Of a stretch of DNA of 64,000 bases, positions 26,715 to 39,967 are shown one piece after another (positions within the stretch are counted from its first letter, which is position 1; every line of letters starts with the position of its first letter). The DNA comes from Perna viridis (taxonomy: Eukaryota): assembly GCA_037379345.1 (NCBI GenBank), contig CM074513.1:55593195-55657194 (forward strand), in the 5' to 3' direction. The notes beneath the pieces were generated by a model that had not been told where the DNA came from, searched no databases, and saw only the letters and a list, made by a program, of their open reading frames with translations. A program made the translations under genes and the position numbers.

Positions 26715-27278
26715 TTACTTACAATCTCAGTTTCCTCTATATAGATGACGTATTATCCTTAACAATCCTAATTTTGGGAATTTTATACATCGCATCTATT
26801 CCCAAAGGATTTGAGATAAAGGATACTACATACACGGTGAAGTCAGCTTCATATCTTGACCTACACTTAGAGATCGATGGTAAAAGAAAACTATTGACCA
26901 AACTTTACGACAAAGGTGATGACTTTTCATTCAGAATTGTCAACTTTCCTTTCATATTTGGCAACATCACTTCAGCACCTGCGTATGGAGTGTTCATATC
27001 ACAACTCATACGTTATGCAAGAGCTTGCCGAAACTACGCAGACTTTTTGTATCGCTAGAATTCTAACAAATAGGACGCTTGCCCTACCGGTCCACCTAGT
27101 ACATGCTCCCAGTTTTTAATGGAGTCCGAGTTGCTCATTTGCTATTGTTGCTTCATGTGTATGATTTTAGTTACTTTATGTTCTTTGTTGTGTATGTCCG
27201 TGTTCCATGTCTGGTCTTTGTCCTTGGATTGCATTCTTTTGATTACCTCTATAACCTTGGTTCCCTTGATTACTCGTA
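26715..27278 (+). mobile_element. Penelope-like element RT C-terminal fragment with 3' tail (internally deleted)
   Basis: YIDDVLSL...EIKDTTYTVKSASYLDLHLEIDGKRKLLTKLYDKGDDFSFRIVNFPFI...APAYGVFISQLIRYARAC, then a direct jump to the CTTGCCCTACCGGTCCACCTAG tail. Confidence 0.85.
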
Positions 27279-27279
27279 C

Positions 27280-28385
27280 AAAACACCAATCTGGATTTAG
27301 ACCTGTAAATCAATTGATCTTTCAATAAAGCTATCGATAACGACAAAAAGGTCCGATGGTGTCTCTCAGACAGAAAACAACAAGTTGTTATAGATGGAGT
27401 AAATTCAAATTCTATTGGAATCTCAGCTGGGGTTACCCGGGGATCAATATTGGGTCATATTCTCTTTCTAATTATATTAACTATATTGCTCAAGACATTG
27501 AATGTCAAATTAAACTTTTTGCAGATGATACAATTGCTTACCCGTGATAATGATAAAATACACTCTTGGTCTAACAAGTGGCTCGCCTATTTCAATCCAA
27601 ACAAGACTGAAGCTTTGACCATCTAAAAAAAGGGATTGCGAAACCGCACCATCCAACAATTTATATGAATAGTATTATGCTCAAAGAATTGAAAGTCATA
27701 AGCATCTTGGCGTCGTAATTTCTGATGGTAGAAGTTGGAATATCCCTGTAGAGACAATCATTGAAAAAAAAATCAGCTAGGATGACCAGTGTTAGAAAAT
27801 TGAACTTTAAGCTTAAAAGGAAGAACCTGAACAATATTAACTTTTCTTTTATTAGACCATTAATGGAGTATGCCGATGTCCTTGCGGATAATGTGGTTGA
27901 CTCTTTATAAATCTGTTAGGAAACTTATAATAAGAAGCCGCCCGGATCGTTACGGGTGGAACAAAGATCGCCTCAAGCAATTGTGGAACTACCTTTTACC
28001 AGGTCATTTTTATCAAACGATTCAGCAAACAATCCTTCTAACATCAAAACACACCTCACTAGGAACTTCAAGAAAACATCGGACTGTTATCAATTTGGTT
28101 CTCGGAAAGACCAAATTAAACTATCGCAATTACGAGTGGAGTGTCGTGTACATTAATACGAAAAAAAATATTGTAAACTCTACTCTATGCAGGTGTGGTC
28201 AGATAGAAACCATTTTACATTTCGAGTTTTCATGTCCAAATTATGAGTTTATTAGAAATAACACTTTAGGAAGCTTTAATGATATTGATTTTCTAGCTGC
28301 TCTACATGGAAATGATCTCCTGGGTAAAGACGAACATTTTCAAATATAACTGCAAGTTTCACATCTTATGAACAGAAGTAAACGA
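27280..28385 (+). mobile_element. Decayed CR1-group LINE RT and C-terminal region
   Basis: Broken frames HQSGFRP, LSDRKQQVVIDG, GSILG..LF.IIN, IKLFADDT, FNPNKTE, FIRPLMEYADV and CRCGQIETILHF..CPNY. Confidence 0.8.
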
Positions 28386-28409
28386 GTAAGTAGTTTTATG
28401 AGTTTTATG

Positions 28410-28441
28410 CTGAGGAAGGATATCTGTTATCCGAAATATTC
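28410..28441 (+). ncRNA. Minimal type I hammerhead ribozyme-like core within the short repeat 28402-28486
   Basis: CUGAGGA-A-GGAUA-UCUGU-UAUCC-GAAA-UAUUC with a perfect 5-bp stem II. Homologue of 9265-9349. Confidence 0.65.
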
Positions 28442-28494
28442 AATTTAAATTTTACCATCTTCTGGTGATGTTAAACATATTTAGACGTTTATAT

Positions 28495-28687
28495 AAATTC
28501 CCAACGATGTTTGAACTGTCAAATTTGCGATGCAAATTTTTGGTCGTTCCCTCCGCGGGACTCGAACTCGTACCGCTGTGACATCTATGGCAACACCGCC
28601 TGCACGAAGTCCAGCGCCCTAGACCACTCGGCCAGATAGCTTTCGCTGGCTGTTAGAACATCGTTGGGAATTTTTAAGACCTTTCTA
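28495..28687 (-). mobile_element. tRNA-derived (Pol III A/B box) repeat bracketed by inverted repeats
   Basis: Minus-strand A box TGGCCGAGTGG (28624-28634) and B box GTTCGAGTCC (28558-28567). Perfect 17-bp inverted repeat at 28495-28511 and 28657-28673. Near-identical to 30651-30792. Confidence 0.8.
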
Positions 28688-29979
28688 TACGTTTATGTAT
28701 CTTCCCTGTATCAATTTGATCCGATGGAACAGTGTAGCGAATAGATTCGTCACATTCTGAGACGTTTGTATAATATTGATTGTAACCACGACTACAGTTA
28801 TATGGTGAAATCACGGAGGCTTGAGTACATAACCGTTCAGTCTTTATTCAGGATACCAAAACTTCACAAAAGCCGTTTAAATCACGTTTGATTTCATCTT
28901 CCGGTTCTACTATATATATTTCTAAATTATTAACATCTACTTTAACTTTAGGGTATCGACAACTTACCAGATCGGTATGGTAGTGTTATGACTTTTCTAC
29001 CCTATATACTGCCACATTTACTTACTAAAGACAAAATTGTTATATTTGATTTAGTGATCCTCAAATGAATCTGGCTCTCAATTCATTTTTGGGGGGATTT
29101 TTCAGTGATTGAAGACGGGATAAATACATCTATTGTACATATTTAGATATGATCAAAGCTTTGAATCTTTAATTGACAATTTTTTATTCAATTAGGTAAT
29201 GCTCTATACAGACAGTTTTTTTTGTATTCCAATATGAACTAATTGTGTTCTTCTCATAGCAGATTTATTTCTCTACTGTTATGAATAGCAGTTCATGGCT
29301 AAACTTTTAAAGATCCTTCAAAACATGATCTATTGCACAGAATTATTAATACTTTTAGATATTGTTGAAATTTTGGCCGTAAATCATCCTACGTTCGAAA
29401 ACTCATTATGGATATCTACCCAAAAAGAACTTGAAAAAGAACTAAGTCTATCAAAAATTGTACTCGTACACCTTTTTTTTTATCATTGTCATATTACACT
29501 AGAAAATGGCAACTTATGACATAGAAAATTTTTAATTTCCTAATGTTAATTCCCATTTCTAGATAGTGATATTCCTTAAGCACCATCCTATAATAGTATC
29601 TATAATTCACAACTGGTTTGATTTAAAGCAAAGTGTCAAATTTAAATGAACGCAAACAAATTCTTCACCGAAAAGCTTTTGCCACCAAAGGTATTGATAT
29701 CACAAACTTTTAAAAACATTTACTAAGGTTTTGTTTTGTTTTTTTTTTTTGCCGGTACAAAACTTTGATACAAAAAATATAAAAGCACTTGCAGGTTCTT
29801 ATTTAGAAATGGTACTGCTCACACAGTGTTTTTGCGGAAATATAGTCTATGAAGCCCTTTTCTTCAAACAAAATCCGACGATTTATCGACTGCCCTTCAT
29901 TGAGTTATTGGTAAAGGATACATTTTTCCTTTGAACCTTGTTTTCACCAATAGATATATTTGACCTCAAAAAACTAAGC

Positions 29980-30250
29980 CATTTTTATACGACTGCAAAA
30001 AAAAAATAAATGCAGTTGTGTAATGTTATGGCGCAGTCGTCGACGTCGTCGTCGTGTGGGGTCACCTTTTTTCAGTTCGATACCTTTAGCTGTGTGTGGT
30101 TGACCATTTTTTTTCTGATTCTGCATGATTTTACTTAATACTTGATACTAGGAAGGTTACTTTTTAATCTAACTTTTTGGCCCTTACTGTTTTAGAAAAA
30201 AGACCAAAAAGTGTAAAAATATGTGTTTCATTAATACCCATGTAGAATGT
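29980..30250 (+). mobile_element. HINE/pearl-type non-autonomous element 5' end
   Basis: TTTTTATACGAC...hairpin...(GTC)n microsatellite arrangement. Similar ends occur at about 22511-22690 and 24140-24330. The family call is from recall. Confidence 0.45.
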
Positions 30251-30636
30251 TTAATTTCTTCTGATTTTAATTATTCTTTTTTATTGTATTCCTTATTTAA
30301 TTCTAGTAAAATATATCAGCAGATTTTATGTGTTTTGCACCATTATCATGTTATAGGAGAGGGTGGCCAAAGTTGGTTTATGCCCAGAAAAATCAACTTT
30401 GTAATTTTTGGTCCGGTTTCGAAAATTCTTTTTTCATTGGATTCCACATACAAATCACTGCCCTCGTTTTTCAATCAGATTTCGGATATCTCATTTTTTA
30501 AAATTTTTGGTCCAATTTCGATTTTTTTTATTGGATACTTCATAAAAATCCTTGCTTGCATTTTCAATCAGATTTCTCTTACGATTTTCTACTTAGTTTA
30601 GTTTTAATACTATTTTATTATATATATATATATATA

Positions 30637-30890
30637 TAGAAAGGTCTGAAAAATTCCCATCGATGTTAGAACTGTCAAATTTGCGATGCAAATTTTTGGT
30701 CGTTCCCTCCGCGGTACTCGAACTCGTACCGCTGTGACATCTATGGCAACACCGCCTGCACGAAGTCCAGCGCCCTAGACCACTCGGCCAGCTAGGCTAT
30801 GTTAAAATATAGCTTTCGCTGGCCGGGTCATTCCTCCTCGTAGGATTAATCTAGGGCTGTAACTTAGTACATGATGTATGGTAGTACGGG
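30637..30890 (-). mobile_element. Second, longer copy of the tRNA-derived repeat, ending in (TA)n
   Basis: A box at 30780-30790 and B box at 30714-30723 (GTTCGAGTAC). About 140 bp are nearly identical to 28495-28635, and the copy abuts (AT)n at 30618-30638. Confidence 0.8.
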
Positions 30891-32026
30891 ACAGTTCATT
30901 TTAGATGTTATTATCTAGGATAGAGGATCAAATTAATGATGCATGTCACAATTATATTGGTGATTTAGCTGATAAGGAGAAATAAGAAATTCTTTAGCCA
31001 ATGAACAAAGACCAAAGCAAGAAAGCAATCAAAATTAAACATGGATAAAATAAATCAAGACATTCCAAAATACTATTAGCAAACGTTCTATAAAAGACAA
31101 AATATAATGATTAATTTATGAATAAAAATTAACTTATGCACGCGTGTAATTTAAAAAAAAACATACAAACTACCGTGATTTTTCAGCCAACTTTGATCTT
31201 CCAGAGAAATAGTCTGTTTCATTTTTTATGTCTACATGTATATTTGATTCCGTCGAAAAATAGTGTCATTAATTTCAATGCAAATGTTATTGATTTACTT
31301 AAGTCTTAAGTACCAATTCTTTGAGATAGGTAACATGTAACAGTTTCGGCTCGTTTAATCGTCGACAAAATTCTCAGCACTCCATTTGCGGATGGTTCAA
31401 ACATTTACTATAAAAATCGCTGTTCTGAAATATGTATTTAGAGAGGCAATCTTCGACTACAACAATCGAAATTTGGGTAGTCTAAGATTTTAGACTAATG
31501 TCTAAATCAAGGTAACAAAACTACGAACTACAGATCTTTCGACTAATGGCCTTTCGGACTTCTGATTAGTCCTCTTTGCAAGCGTACAAAAAATTACTTT
31601 TTTAAAAATTTTTTTTGTCAAAAGTGAAAGCAATCTGAAGGTAAGGAGTGAATTATGTTGTTAATACTTGCCCACATTGTTGTCCACCGACGATTCATCA
31701 AGCCTCTTCCCATGCATGATTTTTAGCTTGCTTAGTACAAATTTATGGATTACTTGTGACTTTAAAGTAAGGAGAAATGATTTTCCATGAAAAATAATGT
31801 TTAATGTCGGAAATCGGTAACAGTAACATTGAGGTGACATGTTTCACAGTTAATTCTCTTATATGTTCATAATGTTGTGCTATATTAAAATTTTCCTTTA
31901 TATACAAGCAATTTGATTTTTTGGAAAATTTGAGGTCAAATGTGGGTAATTTTTAAGACGCACTTTAGTCGTATATTTAATATAAATTAATAACTTGTAA
32001 GTTATATGGTTTTTTTTTTTGTTTTG

Positions 32027-32057
<31 letters not shown>

Positions 32058-32301
32058 TTTTTAAACAACATCAATAGAATTGTCATGTAATGGGACGTTA
32101 TTGATTGTGTATTTCCATTTAGAAGACAATAAGAGCTATACTAGCGTCAACTAAAGCTGTATTGTTTAATGTATTGTTCCAGACATCGATTTAAGACAAA
32201 AGAAAATCTTTCTATCGACACCCGTGAAAATTTAATTGTTTTTGTTCATGGTGTCAGAGAAAAAGTAGCCTTTCGTTCAGAAAACAAAAAGGAATTTTAA
32301 A

Positions 32302-35300
32302 ATGGAAAGCCTTCATCATCATTATACAAGGTAAAATACTTATTTCACTTTATAATATACGTAATATAATAATACACAAGTAAGTATATCTCACTGACAG
32401 AGAAACCATTACATTGCTTGTCATATATAGTTCATATTGTGATTTAATTAACTATATATACTACTCCATGTCTATTTATTTTTCTGAACAAACAATTACG
32501 CGCATAGACAGGATCATAAAAAGACACACCCAATTAATGGTAATTATTTATCAAACAAAATGTAACAGATGCTTCCATTTTTCAACAGATGTACAACGGC
32601 TAAATGTGCTTCGTGCTTTAGAGACGGTGATGTAGAAACGTCAACTCACTGGTGCGTCGACTGTTCGGAACCTCTTTGTTTTGGCTGTACCAAATACCAC
32701 AGAAAGTCAAAGGCTACCAGAAAACATAAGATGATAACAATGCAAAATCTTGGCGAGCTCAGTCCAGCTGTAATCGGCATCTCTTATAAATGCAAGGTTC
32801 ATTCTGACCAATCGTTAGCGTTTTTCTGTCCGTCACATGACACCATGTGCTGCGTTAAGTGTATACCGGAAATACATAAATATTGTGACCGCTTGATCAC
32901 TCTTGACAATGAAGCAGAGAATGTTAAACGTAGCAATTATCTGAGCACTTTAGAGAAGAGGTTACTTGAAACGAAAAATAAGATGGCTGAACTAGTCAAA
33001 AAGAAATACGAAAATAAGACTGCTATTCATGAACAAAAAAGCAGAATTCAAGACGAAATAAAAAATGTAAGGAAAAGGATCAAAGACCATTTTGACAAAT
33101 TAGAAAGTCATCTGTGTTTTACTCTAGAAAGAGCTCATGATACCTGTGTTAAAACGCTAGAAGAAGGAATCAGACAAATAGATGAAAGAATACGTAAGAT
33201 GGATGTTTGGTACAACGACATCATAACCTTGAAGAAAATTGCCTCTGATGTTCACGTATTTACCGTTGTTAAAACCGTTGGTCCACTTCAAAATAAACAA
33301 GAGGCCTATTTTAACACTTTACAGGTTAGATATATTTTTTTTTAATATGCCTTTACTTTAGATAGCAGAATGTTAAAAATAAATTAGTTGCAAAAGATAT
33401 AAAAAAGTTATTGACAGTTAGCGTAAATTGTCAATTTTCGCGAGACCTAGCCCTTGTGTAGATTCAAAGGTTCGACTGAAGTCAAAATATAGGACAACTT
33501 CTTTTCAAAAATTTACATCAATTATAACTCTGAAACTGCTAAATGAATAAACGTCATTGACCACAAATGCACATGCCAAGATTGCGGAAAAATATATAAA
33601 CTATGTTTCACAAACAACAAAAGTGGAAACAATATATCTTTAAATAAATCTACAGCTGTCAAAATTAAGATTTAAAATCCGAAATTCATACAGTCCTCTT
33701 CCTATATTACAAACATCAATAATCATGAAATGATATGATATGCATGATGGGCAGAGCAGTATGTGATTGAACAGGAAGTATAGTGTGTTAAGTTCCCGAG
33801 TCAAATAAATGCACCACCCGCTATGTTGTTACATTGGAGGTTTGTCGACCATTAAGAATATGGGAGAGTTTCTAGAAAATTTGCTTTGCGCCTGTGTAAT
33901 CAGTTCCGAATTACGTATGTTTTGATATATTCATGTCTCAAATCCGCTACATAAATAGGATGCTGTTATCAAAGTTGCTCTGTGCTAGATATTTAGGCTA
34001 CATATAATGAGCATTTCCAAAAAAGACCTGTCTGTTTTATGTTTACACATTACTGTTGCAGAATATGTTTGTTACATTATTAATAATTTTAAGGAACATT
34101 GTTTTGTGTAGAATACTCTTTACGGAAGGACATATATATTAAAATTCTAGAAATATTCAAACAGACTTAAAAATAATATGGTAAGTAATGTCATAGATTA
34201 TAGCCTATGCGGAATTTCATTTTTTTTTATACTGCTCTCTCACTATACCGAGTATCCTTGCGATTGACATATGAATATCGTTCGCCGCTCACTCTCAATG
34301 ATCGTATAGCTATCGCTAGACATTCGTACTCACCCTTAAGTAATCGTGGTCGTTCGTGTGTATTAACGAATATAAGGAACATGCTCCTAAAATTCGCAAG
34401 GAATTGAAATTCTCAATCCAATCGTAAATAATTCATATCCATTCTTAAGCCAATCGTATTGATGGCAAGCCATTTGCATTCCTTATATCTTCGCATGGTT
34501 GTTTTTCTTTTCCCATTTAAGACTGATACGATATTGTTACCAATGCTTACGAGTCATTTAAGAATGAAGCGAATAGCTTACAACTTTTAAACGATATTCA
34601 AGAGAATGTCTTACAAACGCCTACGGATGTCTTGCCAATGCTAGCGAGTGGTTACAAATGCATGCGAATAAAATGCGAATATTAAGATAATATTACAAAC
34701 ATCTTGCGATATCAGTATGAAATTAGCACGAATTTTTCGAATTTTTAAATTTTGTTTAAAAATTTAACTACCCTTTTTCCCCTCGAAAAAGAGGAAAAAC
34801 ATGGAAATAGTCTGATGTGTATTTGTCGTCACAGAATAAAAAAAAACCCCAAACTTTTATTATAGACTGAAATTTTCATTAAAGTTTACGAAAAATGGTC
34901 TCATACTGTCTGTAATTTTATGACACTAGGCAAGGAATTTATAATGTTAATATAATATACTATAATATATATATACTGAATAATATTGTAAAAGACAAGG
35001 CCGAAAAAAAGACATTATAGCAAAAAAACAAACAAAAAACAAAAAAAACTACCGAAGTATACCAAAAGAGAAGCCAACGCACACAAGCACAAAACGTGCA
35101 TAGATATAAAAGTTAGATCAAATGCCCAAGGTTCTTTGGTCGGTCCATTATCATACATTGTAATAACGAAGCAACGCCAAATATTGAGCTGACATTGATC
35201 TCCTCAGGAGATGGAAAGAGTGTCGGTAAAACAAGAAAAACAATATTCATAGAATTTCTTGGCACGGAACACAATAATATACTGTTACGAGGTATATAAA

Positions 35301-37214
35301 AGTAATTATAAGTGGAAAACCAAAACAATCATGATAAAGTAAAATTGACCTACTTTTGCTTAGATGCTGACCGACATGTACATGTATAATGTATATGTAT
35401 GCATATATATTACAAGGTTGTGTGCTCCTACAATGAACGCAGTTGTTGAGATTTAAATGTGAATGCAAATGGATGAGGCAGAAAATGTAGGAGGTGGTGT
35501 TGGAGAACGTGGCGGTGTAGCAATTGGTGTGATAGAATTGTTAGATCTATCACCGGAATCGTCGGAATTTATTATTTCCGCTTGGGTTTTGTTGCTTTTC
35601 TGTTTTTTTTTTCATTTGGTCATCTTTGGTAGGACAACATGTAATTCTGTCCGATTTCCCTTAGCCTCGACCCCTTCCAGCTTTTTTTCCACCTCTCGCC
35701 ATGACTTGTTAGTTCGAAAACTAAATTCAAAATGAAGTATTCGAGAAGAATTGTAAAAAAAATCGCAACGCAAGCGTTTTTATTCGTTTTATTCTAATTG
35801 ACATTCGCAAGAATTCGTTAGACTCGCAACGATTATTGCAAGCATTCGTAAAGGTCGTAAAGACATTTGTATCATTCAGAAGTTAATTGTAAGAAATTCT
35901 TGTATATTATTGCAAAAAAAAATCATAAGATTCGTACGGAATTCGTTAAACTCGCAAAACACTCGTAAAGATTCGTAAGACAATTGTAAACGATCTAAAT
36001 CCCTGATTTTCAATATTTTAAAAACCTAATCTTATTATTTCTGACGAATTTTCTGCAAACGCCAAAATTTTTTATTCGCAAGGATATTCTGCATAGTGTG
36101 AGAGCAGCATTGATACGAATGGTGTTTTAATTTCATAGATGAAATCTTGATTCACTCAACCATCTATAAAATCAAAACATCTATTTGAAAAAAGTGATTT
36201 GATACTTCTTGCTTCTTGCTCCATATTTTGAATGTATTTTGCATTGGATTTAAAACATAAATGAAGTGGTGTTTGTTTCAGGATGAGTTCATAAAATATA
36301 ACATCGAATTTATCGAAGAAGAAGCATGGCGACACCTTATTGCAGAAGTTCCAACATTTGGGGAGATTTCAGTTACAGAAACAAATCACATGAAGGCAAA
36401 GGAATATTTACGTTTCAAAAGAAATGAATTTGCTAACAAGCTTGTCGCAGAACAAAACTTCATATTTACAACGAACAAAAAGTTCATTTTTTCCTCCTCA
36501 AAACTAGATAAGGGTACTAAAATTAGAAGTGCCTGCTTCTTACCAGATGATAGGCTGGCTTTGGCCAGCTTTCATGATAACTTTATTTACATATGTAATA
36601 AAGATGGGGAGAAGAAGAAAAGAATCTCGCTCCCCTTTAAAGTAAATGATCTGACGAACTTCGATAAACAAAATATTATAGTAGCTACAGGTCCTAGTAT
36701 ACAAGTGTGTAACTCTGATACATTTGTTGTCACAGAGCACCTTTCAAATATTCTAAATGACGTCATTGCTTCTGCCAATAATTTGATAGCTGTTCGGTCA
36801 CCATCTGGTACGATATCCGTTTTGGACAAATCTGGTAAAGTCCATAGAGAGCTTCAAGAAAGGTCCTATGGCTACATTGCCATAGACCGATTTGGTCGAG
36901 TTTATTATACGAACAACGCTAAAAATGAGGTCTATTGTTTCTACCCAGGTGGTTCGCGTTATTGTATCTACAGGAACGAGGACCTAAAAGATCCTTCTGG
37001 GATGACGACTGATGACGCGGGGAATTTATACGTGGCCGGACATTTATCTCATAACATTCACAAAATATCAGCCCAAGGAAAACATCATGAAGTAATACTC
37101 TCCTTCAAAGATGGGATCCACCTTCCACAGAGAATTGTATTTAATGACAAAACCAAAGAATTATTAGTTATAAACAACGAATGGCGTTCAATTGAAATAT
37201 ATCAGTTACCATAG
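32302..37214 (+). CDS. RING-less TRIM-like protein: two B-boxes, coiled coil, NHL-like beta-propeller (~565 aa)
   Basis: Exons 32302-32330 (MESLHHHYT), 32589-33324 (CASC...WCVDCSEPLCFGCTKYHRKSKATRKH; CKVH...FFCPSHDTMCCVKCIPEIHKYC; coiled coil) and 36282-37214 (DPSGMTTDDAGNLYVAGHLSHNIH, PQRIVFN). GT-AG introns, 1698 nt in frame. The first exon is less certain. Confidence 0.88.
34229..36110. mobile_element. Non-autonomous DNA transposon (PIF/Harbinger-like) in TRIM intron 2
   Basis: 35-bp imperfect TIRs: ATACTGCTCTCTCACTATACCGAGTATCCTTGCGA versus reverse complement of the right end ATGCTGCTCTCACACTATGCAGAATATCCTTGCGA. Subterminal TTCGTA/TTCGCA-rich repeats occur at both ends. Confidence 0.75.
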
Positions 37215-38547
37215 AAGATCACAGTTACCCCCCTTTCTCTAGTAATAATAACAGAATTTTTAGACGTCACAACAATTAAAAGTACATTTTTCACTAAATT
37301 ATTGTAAAATTACGCATGTTTATTTAGAAAAAATGGAAAAACACAGACGGAAAGCGGAAGAAATCTATCACTGAACACCACAACTAATAAGGCAGGACTT
37401 AATAATGGAATATCTATTTTCGGTAATTGTCAATAAAACTTATTTTGGTTGGCTGATTTTGAAATTTAGAAACGGTTTTGTGGGTTTGAACAACTTGCAA
37501 AGTTTAATTCCCTCTTTATTGAAATGTTTTTAAATGATTATGTAACTTGATGAACACGACCTTTGGATTGTATCAGTAGAAGAATAAATCTCTTATTGGG
37601 AAAGGTTTATCTAGATCAACATGCTTGTCGATTTAATAATTACTATATCCTAAACTTAGTAATTTTTCTGACTAAGTACGTCGTCTAAAAATAATTTCTT
37701 GTTCAACAGATAAAAATGTCGATTTGTTTCCCTTCTGCACAAGAAACCGACTAGATTTCTAAATAAAATTATTTCAACAATGATACTTCATCACACCAAA
37801 TTAAAATCTGGACTAGTTTTCTTTTAAACCTATCAAATTTGCAATGAAATTTGTGGGAGTTAATAAACAAACATTTCAACTACAGTCTATTCAGGGTGAA
37901 CACCCATTGCTGACCTATGATGGCCTGCGCATGAAGTTCCGAAAGTCATTGACCTGTTGATTACGGTTTAATTCTTTGGTTTTATGAGAACAAGTTGAGT
38001 ACCTTTTATATGTCATTAGTTTCTCAATTTTTAAGAAACAACAACTTCTTTTTCGCTGCGTCAAGTCCTCTTCTTTTAAAATTCATTGGAATGTACATTT
38101 CTTTATTTCTAAGCGCGTTTAGACATAGTACCACTTTTTTCTAAAGCAAAGAGAGAACTGTTCCCATCATAACAAAGTATGATACCCGTAGGTAGTAGCA
38201 TGAAAAATTAAAGTATTATTTCAATCACATCACCTAACATTCGCAGTAATGTCGAAGCACCTCTAGTATACATTCACAATATACTATGGTTACCTTTCTT
38301 CCACCTCCTAGAAAATGGACTTACAAATTCTGCAACTTCATGAATTATAACTATCTTTGCAGGAATGTGTAATATAATTGTATGTGTAACAACTTCAGTA
38401 TTTGACGTTACATTATGTACGTTTTAAAACTGAAAACTGTGGACTCCGCAACATAATGATAGGTGTTAAGTTTTAGACTCAAACAAACAAACAAAAAATG
38501 ATATTCACTCCCTATCAGCGTCATTGTTGGGTGATTTTTAAGATTTG

Positions 38548-38671
38548 ATAACATAATGTCAATCCATGTTTCATCTTTATAACATAATGCCAATCCATGT
38601 TTCATCTTTATAACATAATGTCAATCCATGTTTCATCTTTATAACATAATGTCAATCCATGTTTCATCTTT
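38548..38671. repeat. 31-bp tandem repeat x4 (ATAACATAATGTCAATCCATGTTTCATCTTT)
   Basis: Directly visible. Confidence 0.92.
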
Positions 38672-39967
38672 TTATTACTTCATTTTCTTTAATTTCTTTT
38701 GCTTTTTGAAGGTTGAGGAAGAAAACTTGGTCCATCAATGATTATCATTATCGTTACATTAGTTTGTAATGAAGTAATGTGGGGAATTACGATAATTATT
38801 ATGCTAATACGTCAATATACTTCAACAACTTGGGTCTATGAGTTCTTCCGGCTATAGATTTTAAAGGACCACACAAAAATAGTCCAAAAGACCTCGGGGT
38901 AGAATATAAAACATCATGTTAAGTAAAAGATGCCTATGTACGTGTTAATAGAAGTTTGTAGTTTAAAGTACAAACGCATAAAAACACAACACGAAGCAAA
39001 ATTGATATGTTTTAATTTAACACGTACCATAATCATATCAAAGAAAAGGAATAATTATACGACATGTTGGACCTACTCATTCTCGCCACCCTGCGATGAC
39101 CCTTTATTATGAACATTTAGGTGGTCTCCTTTATGTGTACAGTGTTTTAATGACCCTCACGTTATAACTCAAGCAAATGGGATAACGATTGAAGATATAC
39201 TTTAAATGAGAACATTTTACATTTGTTGTTTATTGGTTTTTTTATCAATTGATTATGCAATGTGTGAACGGAATGATTTGTTACGTTTTCTGATGCATCG
39301 AGTGCAATTCATGAAGCATATTGTTTTTTTTTTTTTTAAATGGGTCTATTTAATTTGTTTGAGGCAGACATTATTTCATAACTAACAGTCTGTGTGGCTT
39401 TATTCTTACATAAACTAACATCAATTTAAGTTCGATTTGACAAGTCGTCTCGGCTAGCCTAAACCTCAGAGATACAGTTGATAACTTCAAAGAAATTTGA
39501 AGACCGGTCGAACAAACTCGATTTACAGTAATCACTACTGTGATTGTCATAATATAACAAATCATGTTAAGTCTGTCAACATTTGCCTAATTCATTTAAA
39601 CATTTTATTGTTGAGCGGGAAAATCACGCTTAAATTCTTTTTGGAGAACAAAATGGTCAAAGAGTAACTGTTTTACAATTCAAACGAAGATTACTACGCT
39701 TTGGTCGACACAAAATTATTAATTTTATTTATATACAAGTTTAATATAAAAGGTATCCATTTTTTAAACAATATTGCTATTCAATACGTAGTATATGTAA
39801 ACATTGTCTTATTCCTATTGTATACTTTTGTTTTATGTATTATGTAATTCATATTTTACTAAATCTTGCGTAGATCACAGTGACTTGAGAAAATCAGGTT
39901 CTATTATAAAAAGTTAAATTTGTTTGATAAATATTCTGAAATAATTCAAGTTTTGTTTCTACTCATT

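Noticed and set aside
28540-28640. Functional tRNA gene (also 30700-30795)
   Set aside because: A and B boxes are present, but there is no pairing acceptor stem or clean anticodon arm, and homology between copies extends well beyond the tRNA-like part: a tRNA-derived repeat.
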